Below, one piece after another: positions 35,094 to 45,939 of a DNA stretch of 64,000 nucleotides (its first letter is position 1; every line of letters begins with the position of its first letter). The notes under the pieces were generated by a model. That model had not been told where the DNA came from. It made no database searches and saw nothing but the letters and a program-made list of their open reading frames with translations. The position numbers and the translations under genes are program-made. Source of the stretch: Phycisphaerae bacterium (GTDB taxonomy: Bacteria; Planctomycetota; Phycisphaerae; UBA1845; Fen-1342); assembly GCA_050115495.1 (NCBI GenBank), contig JASFQK010000031.1, positions 19,113 to 83,112 of the forward strand. Reading direction: 5' to 3'.

Positions 35094-36665
35094 TTACAGC
35101 GGGATCAGGCCGTGCTTCTTCTCGGGCCGCATCTCGCGCTTGGTTTCGAGCGCTTCGAGCGCCGCCGCGACATAACGCCGCGTGTCGGCCGGCTCGATGA
35201 TGTTGTCGATCAGGCGACGGGCGGCGGCCACGTACGGCGTGGCGAACGTCGAGCGGTACAGGTCGATCAGCTCGGCCCGGCGTGCCGCCGGATCCTCCGC
35301 CGCCTTAATCTCCTTGCTGAACACGACGTTCACGGCGCCCTCGGCGCCCATGACGGCGATCTCGGCGCTGGGCCAGGCGGCACAGCGGTCGGCACCCAGG
35401 TCCTTGCCGCACATGGCCAGGTACGCCCCGCCGTACGCCTTGCGCAGGACGATGCTGACCTTGGGCACGGTGGCCGCCGAGTAGGCGAAGAGCATCTTCG
35501 CCCCGTGGCGGATGATGCCGCCGTACTCCTGCTTCACACCCGGCATGAAGCCCGGCACGTCGACGAACGTCACCAGCGGGATGTTGAACGCGTTGCAGAA
35601 GCGGACGAAGCGGGAGACTTTGTCGGAGCTGTCGATATCCAGCGCGCCGGCCATGACCATCGGCTGGTTGCCGACGATGCCGATCGGCCGGCCGAGAATC
35701 CGCCCGAAGCCGACGATGACGTTCTGGGCGAAGTGCTCCTGCACCTCTAGGAAATCGTGGTTGTCGACGACACGCTGCACGACGTGCCGCATGTCGAACG
35801 CCTTTTTCGGATCGTCGGGGATGATGTGGTTCAGCTCTTCGTCGAGTTCGATCACGCCGTCGTGCTCCAGCCGCGGCGGCGATTCGAGGTTGTTCGACGG
35901 CAGGAAGCCGAGCAGCTTCTTGCAGATCTGGACGGCGTGGCGGTCGTCGTCGGCCACGAAGTGCACGACGCCCGAGTAGCTCATCTGCGCTTCGGGTCCG
36001 CCGAGCTGTTCGGCGGTGACTTCCTCGCCCGTCACCTGCTTGATGACCGCCGGGCCGGTGATGAACATCTGCGCCTGGCGTGTCTGGATGATGAAATCGG
36101 TCAGCGCCGGGCTGTACGCCGCCCCGCCGGCACACGGCCCGCAGATCAGCGAAACCTGCGGCACCACGCCCGACAGCAGCACGTTGTGATAGAAGACGCG
36201 GCCGTAGCCGGCGAGACTGTCGATGCCCTCCTGCACGCGGGCCCCGCCCGAGTCGTTGATGAAGATGAACGGGCTGCCGGTCTTCAGAGAAGCGGCCATC
36301 GTCTCGGCGATCTTCTCGGAGTGGACCTGGCCGGCCGCGCCGCCGCTGACAGTGAAGTCCTGACTGGCGAAGTACACGAGACGGCCGTCAATCGCCCCGA
36401 CGCCGGTGACAACGCCGTCGGCGGGCAGTTCCTTGCCCTCCAATCCGAAGTGCGTGCAGCGGTGCTGCGCGAACAGGAAGCCTTCCTGAAAGCTCTCCGG
36501 ATCGAGCAGCACGTCGATGCGCTCGCGCGCCGTCAGCTTGCCCGCCTGGTGCTGCTTGTCGATGCGGGCCTTACCACCACCCAGTTCATACCGGGCCCGT
36601 CGCGTGCGCAGCTCCTCGATCTTCTCACGATTGCTGAGCACGCGCTTCGCGGGAGTTTCGGACAT
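35094..36665 (-). CDS. mmdA: Methylmalonyl-CoA decarboxylase alpha / acyl-CoA carboxyltransferase subunit
   Basis: GKLTARERI; DSGGARVQEG; GPCAGGAAYSPALTDF; DVPGFMPG; RKAYGGAY; KKHGLIPL; operon context. Confidence 0.9.
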   Translation of the reverse strand: MSETPAKRVLSNREKIEELRTRRARYELGGGKARIDKQHQAGKLTARERIDVLLDPESFQEGFLFAQHRCTHFGLEGKELPADGVVTGVGAIDGRLVYFASQDFTVSGGAAGQVHSEKIAETMAASLKTGSPFIFINDSGGARVQEGIDSLAGYGRVFYHNVLLSGVVPQVSLICGPCAGGAAYSPALTDFIIQTRQAQMFITGPAVIKQVTGEEVTAEQLGGPEAQMSYSGVVHFVADDDRHAVQICKKLLGFLPSNNLESPPRLEHDGVIELDEELNHIIPDDPKKAFDMRHVVQRVVDNHDFLEVQEHFAQNVIVGFGRILGRPIGIVGNQPMVMAGALDIDSSDKVSRFVRFCNAFNIPLVTFVDVPGFMPGVKQEYGGIIRHGAKMLFAYSAATVPKVSIVLRKAYGGAYLAMCGKDLGADRCAAWPSAEIAVMGAEGAVNVVFSKEIKAAEDPAARRAELIDLYRSTFATPYVAAARRLIDNIIEPADTRRYVAAALEALETKREMRPEKKHGLIPL

Positions 36666-36697
36666 GTCGCAAGGCTCCTTGCCGGACGGACCGCGCG

Positions 36698-37117
36698 TCA
36701 GGAATGCCGAGGCGCCGGCTCGCAGAGTTCGGTCAGCACGCCGCCGGTGGCCTTCGGATGCAGGAACGCGATGCGCGATTCATGCGCCCCAGGGCGCGGT
36801 TCTTCGTCAATCAGACGCACGCCGGCGGCTTTGAGCTCGGCCAGGCGCGCCGACAGATCGGACACCGAATAGGCAATGTGGTGGACGCCCTCGCCGCGCT
36901 TTTCGAGGAACGCCGCCACCGGGCTGGTCGCCTCCGTCGGCTCGAGCAGCTCCAGGCGCACCGGTCCGACGGTGAAGAACGCCACGCGCACCTTCTGCCC
37001 GGGCACCGTCTCCTCGCCCTCGTAGTGGGCTCCGAGAACCTTCTCGTAGAACGACCTCGCCTCCGTAATGCTGTGGACGGCGATGCCGACGTGACTTACG
37101 CCTTCTACCGGCTTCAT
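36698..37117 (-). CDS. mce: Methylmalonyl-CoA epimerase
   Basis: SHVGIAV; LELLEP; FLEKRGEGVHHIAY; FLHPKATGGVLTELCE. Confidence 0.95.
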   Translation of the reverse strand: MKPVEGVSHVGIAVHSITEARSFYEKVLGAHYEGEETVPGQKVRVAFFTVGPVRLELLEPTEATSPVAAFLEKRGEGVHHIAYSVSDLSARLAELKAAGVRLIDEEPRPGAHESRIAFLHPKATGGVLTELCEPAPRHS

Positions 37118-37181
37118 CGAACGGCTCCGTTTGCGAGCGCCGCCGCCACACCGGCGGCCGGCAGTTCAGGCCCTAACGCTA

Positions 37182-37197
37182 TGCAAGATGCATGCCT
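37182..37197 (-). promoter_or_regulatory. Sigma54-like promoter for mce-mmd-birA
   Basis: Minus strand AGGCATGCATCTTGCA = GG-N10-GC with TTGCA at -12. Confidence 0.6.
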
Positions 37198-37319
37198 CTT
37201 CCATCGTGAAGAGCGAACAAGCGGCCGCACACCGACGGCCATCGGCGATTGCGGACAGCCAATATGCGTGAATGGCTCACAACCGGGCCGTCCGCCGATG
37301 TGCCGAGAACGGCGGTGGC

Positions 37320-37335
37320 TGGAACAGAATGTGCT
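37320..37335 (+). promoter_or_regulatory. Sigma54-like promoter for mutAB-meaB
   Basis: TGGAACAGAATGTGCT = GG-N10-GC. Confidence 0.5.
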
Positions 37336-37488
37336 TCCGGGGTGTGAGGCCCCCCTGTCGCCGAGGAGCTGTCCCCGCCGCAGCGGGCCGTGACCGTGGG
37401 GCGGTGCGCGATTTCGAGCGCGCCCTGCGTGAGGAGCGCAACGCCGGAGCACCGACCGCCCCCCGAACAAGATTCACAGGAACGCCTG

Positions 37489-39615
37489 ATGTTGCCACCG
37501 CAACCCGACCTGGCTGAAGACTTCCCACCTGTACCCTACGAAAACTGGCGACAACTCGTCGAAGAGGACCTGAACGGCGCCCCCTTTGAGCGCCGCCTCG
37601 TCACCCACACGTACGAGGGCGTCCAGATCCAGCCGGTCTACAGCGCCCATCACTGGCCCTCCGCCGGCGACCCCAGCGGCCTGCCCGGCCTGCCGCCCTA
37701 CACCCGCGGCGGCCAGCCCCTCGGCGGCGCCCGGCACGGCTGGCTGATCGAGCAGGAGCATACCTACCCCTGCCCGCAGAAAGCCAACGCCGCCATCCTC
37801 GACGATCTCGCCCACGGGGTGAACTCGCTCATCCTTCGCTTCGACCGCGCCGCTCGCACCGGCCTCGATCCCGGCGACGATCGCGCCGCCGACCTCGTCG
37901 GCCGCGACGGCATCATGATCTACAACGTCGACGACCTCGACCTGGTCCTCAAGGACGTCCGGCCCGAGCTGATCAACATCTCGCTCGAAGCCGGCACCGG
38001 CTTCCGCCTGGCGGCCGCCCTGCTCGTGGCGCTCTGGCAGCGGCGCGGGGTCAGCTTCGCCGAGGCCCGCGGCGCGTTCAACGCTGACCCGCTGGCGACG
38101 CTGGTCCGCGCCGGCTGGCTGCCAGTCCCGCTCGACGAAGCCATCCTGCGGATGGTCGACCTGGCCCGCTGGACGGATGAAAACCTGCCGAACGTGACGT
38201 CCGTCCGTGTCCGCACCGGCACGTACCACAACGCCGGCGCCACCGTCGTTCAGGACCTCGCCTTCTCGATGGCCACGGGCATCGAATACCTGCGGGCCCT
38301 CACCGCCGGCGGCATGAGCGTTGGCGCCGCGGCCCGGCAGATTCTCTTCAGCTACAACGTCGGCTGCCACTTCTTCCTGGCGTCCGCCAAGCTCCGCGCC
38401 GCCCGCAAGCTCTGGGCCCGCGTGGTCGAAGCCTGTGGCGGCGACGCCGACGCGCAAACCATGCGCATGAGCGTCCGCACGAGCCGGCGGGTCATGACCC
38501 GTCGCGACCCGTGGGTGAACATGCTGCGGAACACGGTGTGCTGCTTCGCCGGAGCCATCGCCGGCGCCGACGCCGTCAACTCGCAGCCCTTCGACGCCGC
38601 CCTCGGCCTGCCCGACCGCTTCAGCCGCCGCATCGCCCGCAACACGCAGATCATCCTCCAGGAAGAAGCCCACCTGCACCGAGCCATCGACCCCGCCGGC
38701 GGAAGCTGGTTCCTCGAGAACCTCACTGACGAATTGGCGGTCAAGGCCTGGGAGCTGCTTCAGGTCATCGAGGTGCTCGGCGGCATGAAGCAGGCGGTCC
38801 TCAGCGGCTGGATCGCCCGGCACATTGATGAGGCCTTCACGCCGCGGCGTAAGAACCTCGCCAAGCGCAAGGACCCCATCACCGGCGTGAGCGAATTCCC
38901 CAACCTCGCCGAGCAGCCCCTCGCCCGCGAGCAGCTCGACTACGTCGCCCTGCGCGACGCCGCGGTCCAGCGCCACGGCACTCGGCCGACGACCGATGCC
39001 GGCCAGCGACTGCACCAGCTCATTGCCGACCGCGGCGCTTCGGGCGACGCAGTGATGCCGGCCCTGATCGACGCGGCCAAGGCGGGCACCACCATCGGCG
39101 AGATTTACTCCGCCCTGACGCAGGATGCCGAAACGGTCCACATTACGCCGCTGTCGGCCCACCGCTTCGCCGAGGCCTTCGAGGCCCTGCGCGACGCGAG
39201 CGATGCGTACCTGGCGAAGACCGGGGCCCGCCCCAAGGTCTTCCTGGCCAACATGGGCCCCATCGCCCACCACACGGCGCGAGCCACGTACGCCCGCAAC
39301 TTCTTCCAGGCCGGCGGCTTCGATGTGATCACCAACGACGGCTTCGCCCACGCCGACACCGCAGCCGAAGCCTGCCGGGAAAGCGGCGCGCACATCGCCG
39401 TGATCTGCTCTTCCGATACGCTGTACGAAACGGTCGTCGCCCAGGTCGCTCCGGCGCTCAAGGCCGCCGGCGCCCGCACGGTCGTCCTCGCCGGCCAGCC
39501 CGGCAACAAGGAGGCCGCCTACCAGGAGGCGGGGGTCGATCGCTTCATCTACATACGCTGCGACGTCCTGCAAACCCTGCAAGAGTTGCTGCGCGAGGAG
39601 GGAGTGCTGTCATGA
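37489..39615 (+). CDS. mutA: Methylmalonyl-CoA mutase small subunit
   Basis: [44 protein letters not shown]. Lacks DxHxxG; ATGA overlap with mutB. Confidence 0.93.
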   Translation: MLPPQPDLAEDFPPVPYENWRQLVEEDLNGAPFERRLVTHTYEGVQIQPVYSAHHWPSAGDPSGLPGLPPYTRGGQPLGGARHGWLIEQEHTYPCPQKANAAILDDLAHGVNSLILRFDRAARTGLDPGDDRAADLVGRDGIMIYNVDDLDLVLKDVRPELINISLEAGTGFRLAAALLVALWQRRGVSFAEARGAFNADPLATLVRAGWLPVPLDEAILRMVDLARWTDENLPNVTSVRVRTGTYHNAGATVVQDLAFSMATGIEYLRALTAGGMSVGAAARQILFSYNVGCHFFLASAKLRAARKLWARVVEACGGDADAQTMRMSVRTSRRVMTRRDPWVNMLRNTVCCFAGAIAGADAVNSQPFDAALGLPDRFSRRIARNTQIILQEEAHLHRAIDPAGGSWFLENLTDELAVKAWELLQVIEVLGGMKQAVLSGWIARHIDEAFTPRRKNLAKRKDPITGVSEFPNLAEQPLAREQLDYVALRDAAVQRHGTRPTTDAGQRLHQLIADRGASGDAVMPALIDAAKAGTTIGEIYSALTQDAETVHITPLSAHRFAEAFEALRDASDAYLAKTGARPKVFLANMGPIAHHTARATYARNFFQAGGFDVITNDGFAHADTAAEACRESGAHIAVICSSDTLYETVVAQVAPALKAAGARTVVLAGQPGNKEAAYQEAGVDRFIYIRCDVLQTLQELLREEGVLS

Positions 39616-41819
39616 GCAACATCCCCAACTTCTCCAAAGTGGACTTCGCCGGCGGCGCCAAAGCCCAGGGCACGCTCGAAGACTGGCAGACGCGGGCCGC
39701 CGCGGCCGCGGGCACGGCCCTCGACCAACTCGCCTGGCACACGCCGGAAGGCATCGACGTCAAGCCGCTGTACACCGCCGCCGACCTCGATGGGCTCGAG
39801 CATCTGCACACGATGCCCGGTCTGCCGCCGTTCCTGCGGGGGCCGTACCCGACGATGTACGTCATGCGGCCGTGGACGGTGCGGCAGTACGCCGGCTTCT
39901 CGACGGCTGAAGAGTCGAACGCGTTCTATCGCCGCAATCTCACCGCCGGCCAAAAGGGCCTGAGCATCGCCTTCGACCTGGCGACGCACCGCGGTTACGA
40001 CTCGGACCATCCGCGGGTGATGGGCGATGTGGGCATGGCCGGCGTGGCCATCGACAGCATCGAGGACATGCGCATCCTGTTCGACGGCATTCCGCTCGAC
40101 AAGATGAGCGTCTCCATGACCATGAACGGCGCCGTGCTGCCGGTGATGGCCCTCTACATCCTCGCCGCCGAGGAGCAGGGCGTCCGGCCGGAGCAGTTGG
40201 CCGGGACGATCCAGAACGACATCCTCAAGGAGTTCATGGTCCGCAACACGTACATCTACCCGCCCGAGCCGAGCATCCGCATCATCGCGGACATCTTCGC
40301 CTACACCAGCCGCCACATGCCGAAGTTCAACAGCATCAGCATCAGCGGCTATCACATGCAGGAGGCGGGAGCGACGGCCGACCTCGAGCTGGCGTATACG
40401 CTGGCCGACGGCCTCCAGTACGTGCGGACGGGCGTGCAGGCCGGGCTCGACGTCGACGCGTTCTGCCCGCGGCTGTCGTTCTTCTGGGGCATCGGCATGA
40501 ACTTCTTCATGGAAGTGGCCAAGCTGCGGGCGGCGCGCGTGATCTGGGCGAAGCTCATCCGCCAGTTCAACCCGCAGAACCCGAAGAGCATGTCGCTGCG
40601 CACGCACAGCCAGACGAGCGGCTGGAGCCTGACGGCGCAGGACGTGTACAACAACGTCATCCGCACGTGCATCGAGGCCATGGGCGCCACGCAGGGCCAC
40701 ACGCAGAGCCTACACACCAACGCCCTCGACGAAGCCCTCGCCCTGCCGACCGATTTCTCCGCCCGGATCGCCCGCAATACGCAGCTCTTCCTCCAGCAGG
40801 AAACGGACACGTGCTCCGTGGTCGATCCGTGGGGCGGGAGCTACTTCGTCGAGCGGCTGACGCATGAGCTGATCCACCGCGCGTGGGGCCACCTCCGCGA
40901 GATCGAGGAGCTCGGCGGCATGGCCAAGGCCATCGAGGCCGGCATTCCCAAGATGCGCATCGAGGAGGCCGCGGCCCGCACGCAGGCCCGCATCGACTCC
41001 GGCCGGCAGACGGTCGTCGGCGTCAACAAGTATCCGCTCGCCCAGGAAGAGAACGTCGAAGTGCTGAAGGTGGACAACACCTCGGTGCGCAACGCCCAGG
41101 TCACCCGGCTGAAGAAGCTGCGGGCCAACCGTGACGCCGGCCAGGTCGACGCCGCTTTGGCCGCGTTGACGCAGGCCGCCGAGACGGGCGAAGGGAATCT
41201 GCTGGCCCTGGCGATCGATGCGGCGCGGGCCCGGGCCACCGTGGGTGAGATCAGTTACGCACTCGAGCGCATCTACGGCCGCCACCAGGCGACCTCGCGC
41301 ACGGTCAGAGGAGTGTACAGCAAAGAGATGGGTGAGAATCAGAGTTCAGTCCAGCGTGTCCGCGAGGCGGTCAACCGCTTCGAAGAACGTGAAGGCCGCC
41401 GGCCGCGCATGCTCATCGTGAAGATGGGTCAGGACGGGCACGATCGCGGGCAGAAGGTCATCGCCACCGCTTTTGCCGATCTCGGCTTCGACGTGGACGT
41501 CGGCCCGCTGTTCCAGACGCCGGCCGAGAGCGCCCGCCAGGCGGTCGAGAACGACGTGCACGTGGTGGGTGTGAACTCGCTCGCCGCCGGCCACCTGACG
41601 CTGGTGCCGCAGCTTCGCGAGGAGTTGGCCCGCCTCGGCCGTGAGGACATCATGATCGTGGTCGGCGGCGTCATTCCGCCGCAGGACTACAACGCGCTCT
41701 ACGAGGCCGGCGCCGCGGCGATCTTCGGCCCCGGCACGGTCATCAGCAAGGCAGCCATCAAGCTCATGAACGAGCTCGAAGACCGCCTTGGCCTGACCGA
41801 GCCGGAACCGTCCCGCTGA
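39612..41819 (+). CDS. mutB: Methylmalonyl-CoA mutase large (B12-binding) subunit
   Basis: [42 protein letters not shown] (DxHxxG). Confidence 0.97.
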   Translation: MSNIPNFSKVDFAGGAKAQGTLEDWQTRAAAAAGTALDQLAWHTPEGIDVKPLYTAADLDGLEHLHTMPGLPPFLRGPYPTMYVMRPWTVRQYAGFSTAEESNAFYRRNLTAGQKGLSIAFDLATHRGYDSDHPRVMGDVGMAGVAIDSIEDMRILFDGIPLDKMSVSMTMNGAVLPVMALYILAAEEQGVRPEQLAGTIQNDILKEFMVRNTYIYPPEPSIRIIADIFAYTSRHMPKFNSISISGYHMQEAGATADLELAYTLADGLQYVRTGVQAGLDVDAFCPRLSFFWGIGMNFFMEVAKLRAARVIWAKLIRQFNPQNPKSMSLRTHSQTSGWSLTAQDVYNNVIRTCIEAMGATQGHTQSLHTNALDEALALPTDFSARIARNTQLFLQQETDTCSVVDPWGGSYFVERLTHELIHRAWGHLREIEELGGMAKAIEAGIPKMRIEEAAARTQARIDSGRQTVVGVNKYPLAQEENVEVLKVDNTSVRNAQVTRLKKLRANRDAGQVDAALAALTQAAETGEGNLLALAIDAARARATVGEISYALERIYGRHQATSRTVRGVYSKEMGENQSSVQRVREAVNRFEEREGRRPRMLIVKMGQDGHDRGQKVIATAFADLGFDVDVGPLFQTPAESARQAVENDVHVVGVNSLAAGHLTLVPQLREELARLGREDIMIVVGGVIPPQDYNALYEAGAAAIFGPGTVISKAAIKLMNELEDRLGLTEPEPSR

Positions 41820-41953
41820 CGACTTCGCGATACGCCGCCGTCAGGCTTCGGTTAAGATAGACACGGTCCGCGGTGCGGCCGTCCGGCGTACGTGTTGCTG
41901 TTTCGGCCCGCGTGTGAGTCGGGCCGGCGGTCCGCAGTGTAGGCAAACCCGCG

Positions 41954-43021
41954 ATGTCCAGCGTTCCCGCCCAGACGCCCGAGCCGCGACCCGTCCCGCC
42001 GACGCCGCCGCGCCCCGTCGCCCGCCGACGCCAGCTTTCGCTCGACGAGTACGCCGACGGTGTCCGCGCCGGCGATCGGGCCGTCCTCGCCCGAGCCATC
42101 ACCCTCATCGAATCGCATAGCCCGCAGCACATCGACCTCGCCCAGCAACTGCTTACGCGCCTGATGCCCTTCACCGGCGGCGCCTGCCGGCTGGGCATCA
42201 CAGGCGTTCCCGGCGTCGGCAAGAGCACGTTCATCGAGAGCTTCGGCCTGCACCTGACCAGCGAGGGACACCGCGTCGCCGTCCTGGCTATCGATCCGTC
42301 CAGCGGCATCTCCGGCGGCAGCATCCTCGGCGATAAGACGCGCATGGCCCAGCTTGCGATCGACCCGAACGCCTTTATCCGCCCGTCGCCCAGTGCCGGC
42401 ACGCTCGGCGGCGTCGCCAGCAAGACGCGCGAGACGATGCTCGCCTGCGAGGCGGCGGGTTTCGACGTTGTGCTCATCGAGACGGTCGGCGTCGGGCAAT
42501 CCGAGACGGTCGTCGCCGACATGACCGACTGCTTCCTGGCGTTGATGCTGCCGGGGGCGGGCGACGAGCTGCAGGGCATCAAGCGAGGCCTGCTCGAGTT
42601 CGCCGACCTGATCGCAGTGAACAAGGCCGACGGCGACAACGTGCCCGCCGCCGAGCGGGCCGCCGCCGAGTACCGCAGTGCTCTGCACTTCATGCAGCCG
42701 CGTCTGGCCGACTGGACGCCGCCGGTGGTGACGTGCAGCGCCCGCCGGAACACGGGCCTGTGCGAGATCTGGGAGCAGGTGACCGCGTATCGCCAACTCC
42801 TGGAGCAAACCGGCGTTCTCCAGGCTCGCCGGCGCGAGCAGACGTTGCGCTGGATGTGGACGATGGTGGACGAGCAACTTCGCGCCAACCTCAAGGCTCA
42901 TCCCGAGGTGAAGGCGACACTGCCCCGTCTCGAAGAAGAAGTCCGCGCCGGCCGGCTTCCGCCGACTCTCGGCGCCCGCACGTTGCTTAGGGCGTTTGGC
43001 GTTCTGAAGTCGGATGGGTAG
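41954..43021 (+). CDS. meaB: Methylmalonyl-CoA mutase-associated GTPase
   Basis: GITGVPGVGKST; DPSS..SGGSILGDKTRM; ETVGVGQSE; GDELQGIKRG; NKAD. Confidence 0.96.
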   Translation: MSSVPAQTPEPRPVPPTPPRPVARRRQLSLDEYADGVRAGDRAVLARAITLIESHSPQHIDLAQQLLTRLMPFTGGACRLGITGVPGVGKSTFIESFGLHLTSEGHRVAVLAIDPSSGISGGSILGDKTRMAQLAIDPNAFIRPSPSAGTLGGVASKTRETMLACEAAGFDVVLIETVGVGQSETVVADMTDCFLALMLPGAGDELQGIKRGLLEFADLIAVNKADGDNVPAAERAAAEYRSALHFMQPRLADWTPPVVTCSARRNTGLCEIWEQVTAYRQLLEQTGVLQARRREQTLRWMWTMVDEQLRANLKAHPEVKATLPRLEEEVRAGRLPPTLGARTLLRAFGVLKSDG

Positions 43022-43115
43022 CGCTTGGTTGCCGACATCCGCAGCGATGCCCGCGTTTCGGGGCAAGGCAACAAGGCAACGAGGCAAAGAAGACGCCACT
43101 ACGCGTGGCACCGGT

Positions 43116-43253
43116 GGGTGCCACTGGTGGCTTGCCCACCAGTGCGAGCGCGGTGCGTGGCATGCCCAAGCTCTCAGGCGCGGGCATGAGCAGGCGTGAG
43201 CATGCCTGTACGGGGAGAAAGACATGCCGGCGCCTAAGGCTTCAGCATGCCAC
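43116..43253. repeat. REP-like palindromes (30-bp unit shared with 63634-63663; inverted GTGGCATGC pair)
   Basis: 43116-43145 is the exact reverse complement of 63634-63663. GTGGCATGCCC..GGGCATG (43157-43188) faces CATGCC..GCATGCCAC (43223-43253). Confidence 0.8.
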
Positions 43254-43258
43254 ACTCC

Positions 43259-43314
43259 GGCTCATGGCTCACGGCTCAAGGCTCAGGGCTGACGGCTGAC
43301 GGCTGACGGCTCGC
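43259..43314 (-). repeat. Heptamer tandem repeat (NNNAGCC)x8
   Basis: Plus strand GGCTCAT GGCTCAC GGCTCAA GGCTCAG (GGCTGAC)x3 GGCTCGC, immediately after the proS stop. Confidence 0.85.
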
Positions 43315-43316
43315 AC

Positions 43317-45092
43317 CTACTTCGTCAACTCCGCCAGCTCGTCGCGAACCATGGCAGTCGCTTTGGCGATGGCCTTCGCCGGCGGGAGGGGCTGTTTGAC
43401 GCCATCCCGGCGGTGGCTCAGCTCGACCACGCCGTCCTTGAGGCTCTTGCGGCCGACGACGATCCGCACGGGGATGCCGACGAGGTCCGCGTCCTTGAAC
43501 TTGAACCCGGCCCGCTCGTCGCGATCATCGAACAGCACTTCGAGCCCGGCCGCCGCCAGCTCTGCCTGGATCTGTTCGGCGGTCTTCACGACCTCGTCGT
43601 CACGCGGGTCGAGCGCCATGACCAGCACGTGGAACGGCGCGATGGACATTGGCCAGACGATACCGTTGTCGTCGTGGTGCGACTCGATGGCCGCCGCGAC
43701 GAGCCGGTTTACGCCGATGCCGTAGCAGCCCATGATCAGCGGCTGCGGCTTGCCCTCGCGCGTGAGGAACTGGGCCTCCATCGCCGCGCTGTACTTCGTC
43801 CCCAGCTTGAACACGTGGCCGATCTCGATGGCCGTGCGCATGCTCAGCGGACTGCCGCTGCCGGTCGGCGACAGATCGCCGGTGACGGCGTTGCGAATGT
43901 CGGCCACGACGACCTTCTCGCCCTCGATGGGGAAATCGCGACCCGGGTTGATGTTCCGCACGTGATAGTCCGTCTTGTTCGCTCCGCTGGCCGCGTTGCG
44001 CATGGTCGTCACGTCGCGGTCGATCACCATCAGGTCGATGCGCTCCAGCAACGTGTGCGGACCGGCGAAGCCGACACCCGCCCCCGTCACTTCCTCGATC
44101 ACCCGCGGATCGGCCAGCTCGAGCACCGCCCCCGCCGCCTTGTTCAGCTTGAACTCGTTGACGTCGTGGTTGCCGCGGACGAGGGCCACGACGCGCAGCT
44201 CGCGCTCCTTGCCGTCGGCGCCGGTCACGCAACCGGTGTAGATGAGCGTCTTGATCATCTGCTCCGGCCGCGTGCCCATGAACGCGCAGACGTCCTCGAC
44301 CTTGCCGTGTCCCGGTGTATGCACCTCTTCCATCGCCGCCGGCGCCTCGGTCTGGGCGGGCAACGGCTGGGTGGTGGCCCGTTCGAGGTTCGCCGCGTAG
44401 TCGCCGTTCTCGCTGAGCACGACGAGGTCTTCACCGGCGTCGGTCAGCACCATGAACTCGTGCGACACGTCGCCGCCGATTGCCCCACTCTGCGCCTGCA
44501 CCGCGAGATAGGGCAGGCCACATCGGGCGAAGATGTGGCAATACGCCTCGTACATGTTGTCGTACTCGCGGTCGAGGCACTCTTTCTCGGCGTGGAACGA
44601 GTACGCATCCTTCATGAGGAACTCACGCGTGCGCAGGATGCCGCTCTTCGGCCGAGCCTCGCCGCGGAACTTCGCCTGAATCTGGTAGAGCGTGATCGGG
44701 AGCTGCTTGTAGCTGTTCAGGTACGCCCGGGCGATCTCGGTGATGACCTCTTCGTGCGTCGGTCCGAGCACGGTGTTCGGCCGCCAGTCGCCCTCGGGCC
44801 CGCCAAGCCGCAGCAACACGTCACCCATCGCCGCCACGCGCCCCGTCTCCTGCCACAGCGAGAGCGGTTGCAGCACGGGCATGTGCAGCTCGACGGCCCC
44901 GGCGCGGTCCATCTCCTCGCGGACGATCTGCTCGACCTTGCGCAGCGTGCGGTAGCCCAGCGGCAGGTACGAGTACAACCCCGCGGCCAACTGCCGAATC
45001 AGCCCCGCCCGCAGCATGAGCACGTGCGACGGCGCCGTGGCGTCCTTAGGCGTTTCCTTCGTCGTGGGAACGAAATAGCGGCTCCAGCGCAT
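43317..45092 (-). CDS. proS: Proline--tRNA ligase (with editing insertion)
   Basis: SHVLMLRAGLI; LGPTHEE; KFRGEARP; REFLMKDAYSF; EIGHVFKLGTKYS; MGCYGIGVNR. Confidence 0.97.
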   Translation of the reverse strand: MRWSRYFVPTTKETPKDATAPSHVLMLRAGLIRQLAAGLYSYLPLGYRTLRKVEQIVREEMDRAGAVELHMPVLQPLSLWQETGRVAAMGDVLLRLGGPEGDWRPNTVLGPTHEEVITEIARAYLNSYKQLPITLYQIQAKFRGEARPKSGILRTREFLMKDAYSFHAEKECLDREYDNMYEAYCHIFARCGLPYLAVQAQSGAIGGDVSHEFMVLTDAGEDLVVLSENGDYAANLERATTQPLPAQTEAPAAMEEVHTPGHGKVEDVCAFMGTRPEQMIKTLIYTGCVTGADGKERELRVVALVRGNHDVNEFKLNKAAGAVLELADPRVIEEVTGAGVGFAGPHTLLERIDLMVIDRDVTTMRNAASGANKTDYHVRNINPGRDFPIEGEKVVVADIRNAVTGDLSPTGSGSPLSMRTAIEIGHVFKLGTKYSAAMEAQFLTREGKPQPLIMGCYGIGVNRLVAAAIESHHDDNGIVWPMSIAPFHVLVMALDPRDDEVVKTAEQIQAELAAAGLEVLFDDRDERAGFKFKDADLVGIPVRIVVGRKSLKDGVVELSHRRDGVKQPLPPAKAIAKATAMVRDELAELTK

Positions 45093-45213
45093 CGCGTCTT
45101 GCTCCGTTAACTCAGAGGGTCACGCCGGTCCCGAACCGGGTCCGGCAGGTCCGGCATTGTGGCCGCGCCCCGCCAATCTATCAAATCGGCACCTGCCCCA
45201 CTCACGCCCAGCC

Positions 45214-45939
45214 TCAGTCCGGCCGCGGCGGAATCGCGATCGGCCGGCGGGCCAGCCACGCCCGGGCCTCCTCCAGCGGCGTCAGGTACGCCGGCGCAGC
45301 GGCCTCCGCCAGCTTCTCCAGCGTCCACGCCGCCTCCAGCGTGAACGGCCCCACCGCTCGCCGAACGAGGGCAGTCAGACAGCCGCCGGTGCCAAGCCGC
45401 TCGCCCAGGTCGCGAATCAGGGCCCGCACGTACGTCCCCCGCCCGCAGGCCATCTCGAAGTCGATCTCCGGCCATTGGTAGCGGTGCACGTGCACCCAGT
45501 AGATTTGCACGGTGCGGGCCGCCAACTCGGGCGCCTTCCCGGCCCGTTCCAGCTTGTACGCCGGCCGGCCTCCCACCTTCAGCGCGCTCACCGCCGGCGG
45601 GACCTGCTCGATCGCCCCCTCGAACGTCATGGAAGCAGCGATAACCTGTTCCGCTGTCGGCGGCTCAGCGACCTCGACCGGCCGCATCGGCCGATCGCTA
45701 TCGAAGCTGTCGCTGGTCACGTCCAGACGCGCCACCGCCCGGTACACCTTCGGCTGGTCCATGAGCGACTCGGTCAGCTTCGTCGCCTTCCCGAGGCACA
45801 GCACCAGCACACCCTCGGCCAGCGGGTCGAGCGTCCCCGCGTGGCCGCTCTTCCGCACGCCGGTGATGTTGCGCACACGGTAGAGCGCTTTCGCACTGGT
45901 CAGTCCGATCGGCTTATGCAGGTTGATCACGCCGTCCAT
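45214..45939 (-). CDS. truB: tRNA pseudouridine(55) synthase
   Basis: MDGVINLHKPIGLTS; GHAGTLDPLAEGVL; QVPPAVSALK; CGRGTYVRALIRDLG. Confidence 0.95.
   Translation of the reverse strand: MDGVINLHKPIGLTSAKALYRVRNITGVRKSGHAGTLDPLAEGVLVLCLGKATKLTESLMDQPKVYRAVARLDVTSDSFDSDRPMRPVEVAEPPTAEQVIAASMTFEGAIEQVPPAVSALKVGGRPAYKLERAGKAPELAARTVQIYWVHVHRYQWPEIDFEMACGRGTYVRALIRDLGERLGTGGCLTALVRRAVGPFTLEAAWTLEKLAEAAAPAYLTPLEEARAWLARRPIAIPPRPD

Noticed and set aside
35094..36665. Soluble propionyl-CoA carboxylase beta (pccB) or transcarboxylase 12S
   Set aside because: Sequence alone cannot exclude it, but the adjacent OadG-like, biotin-carrier and membrane beta genes, and the lack of a biotin carboxylase or 5S gene here, favour a Na+-pumping decarboxylase.
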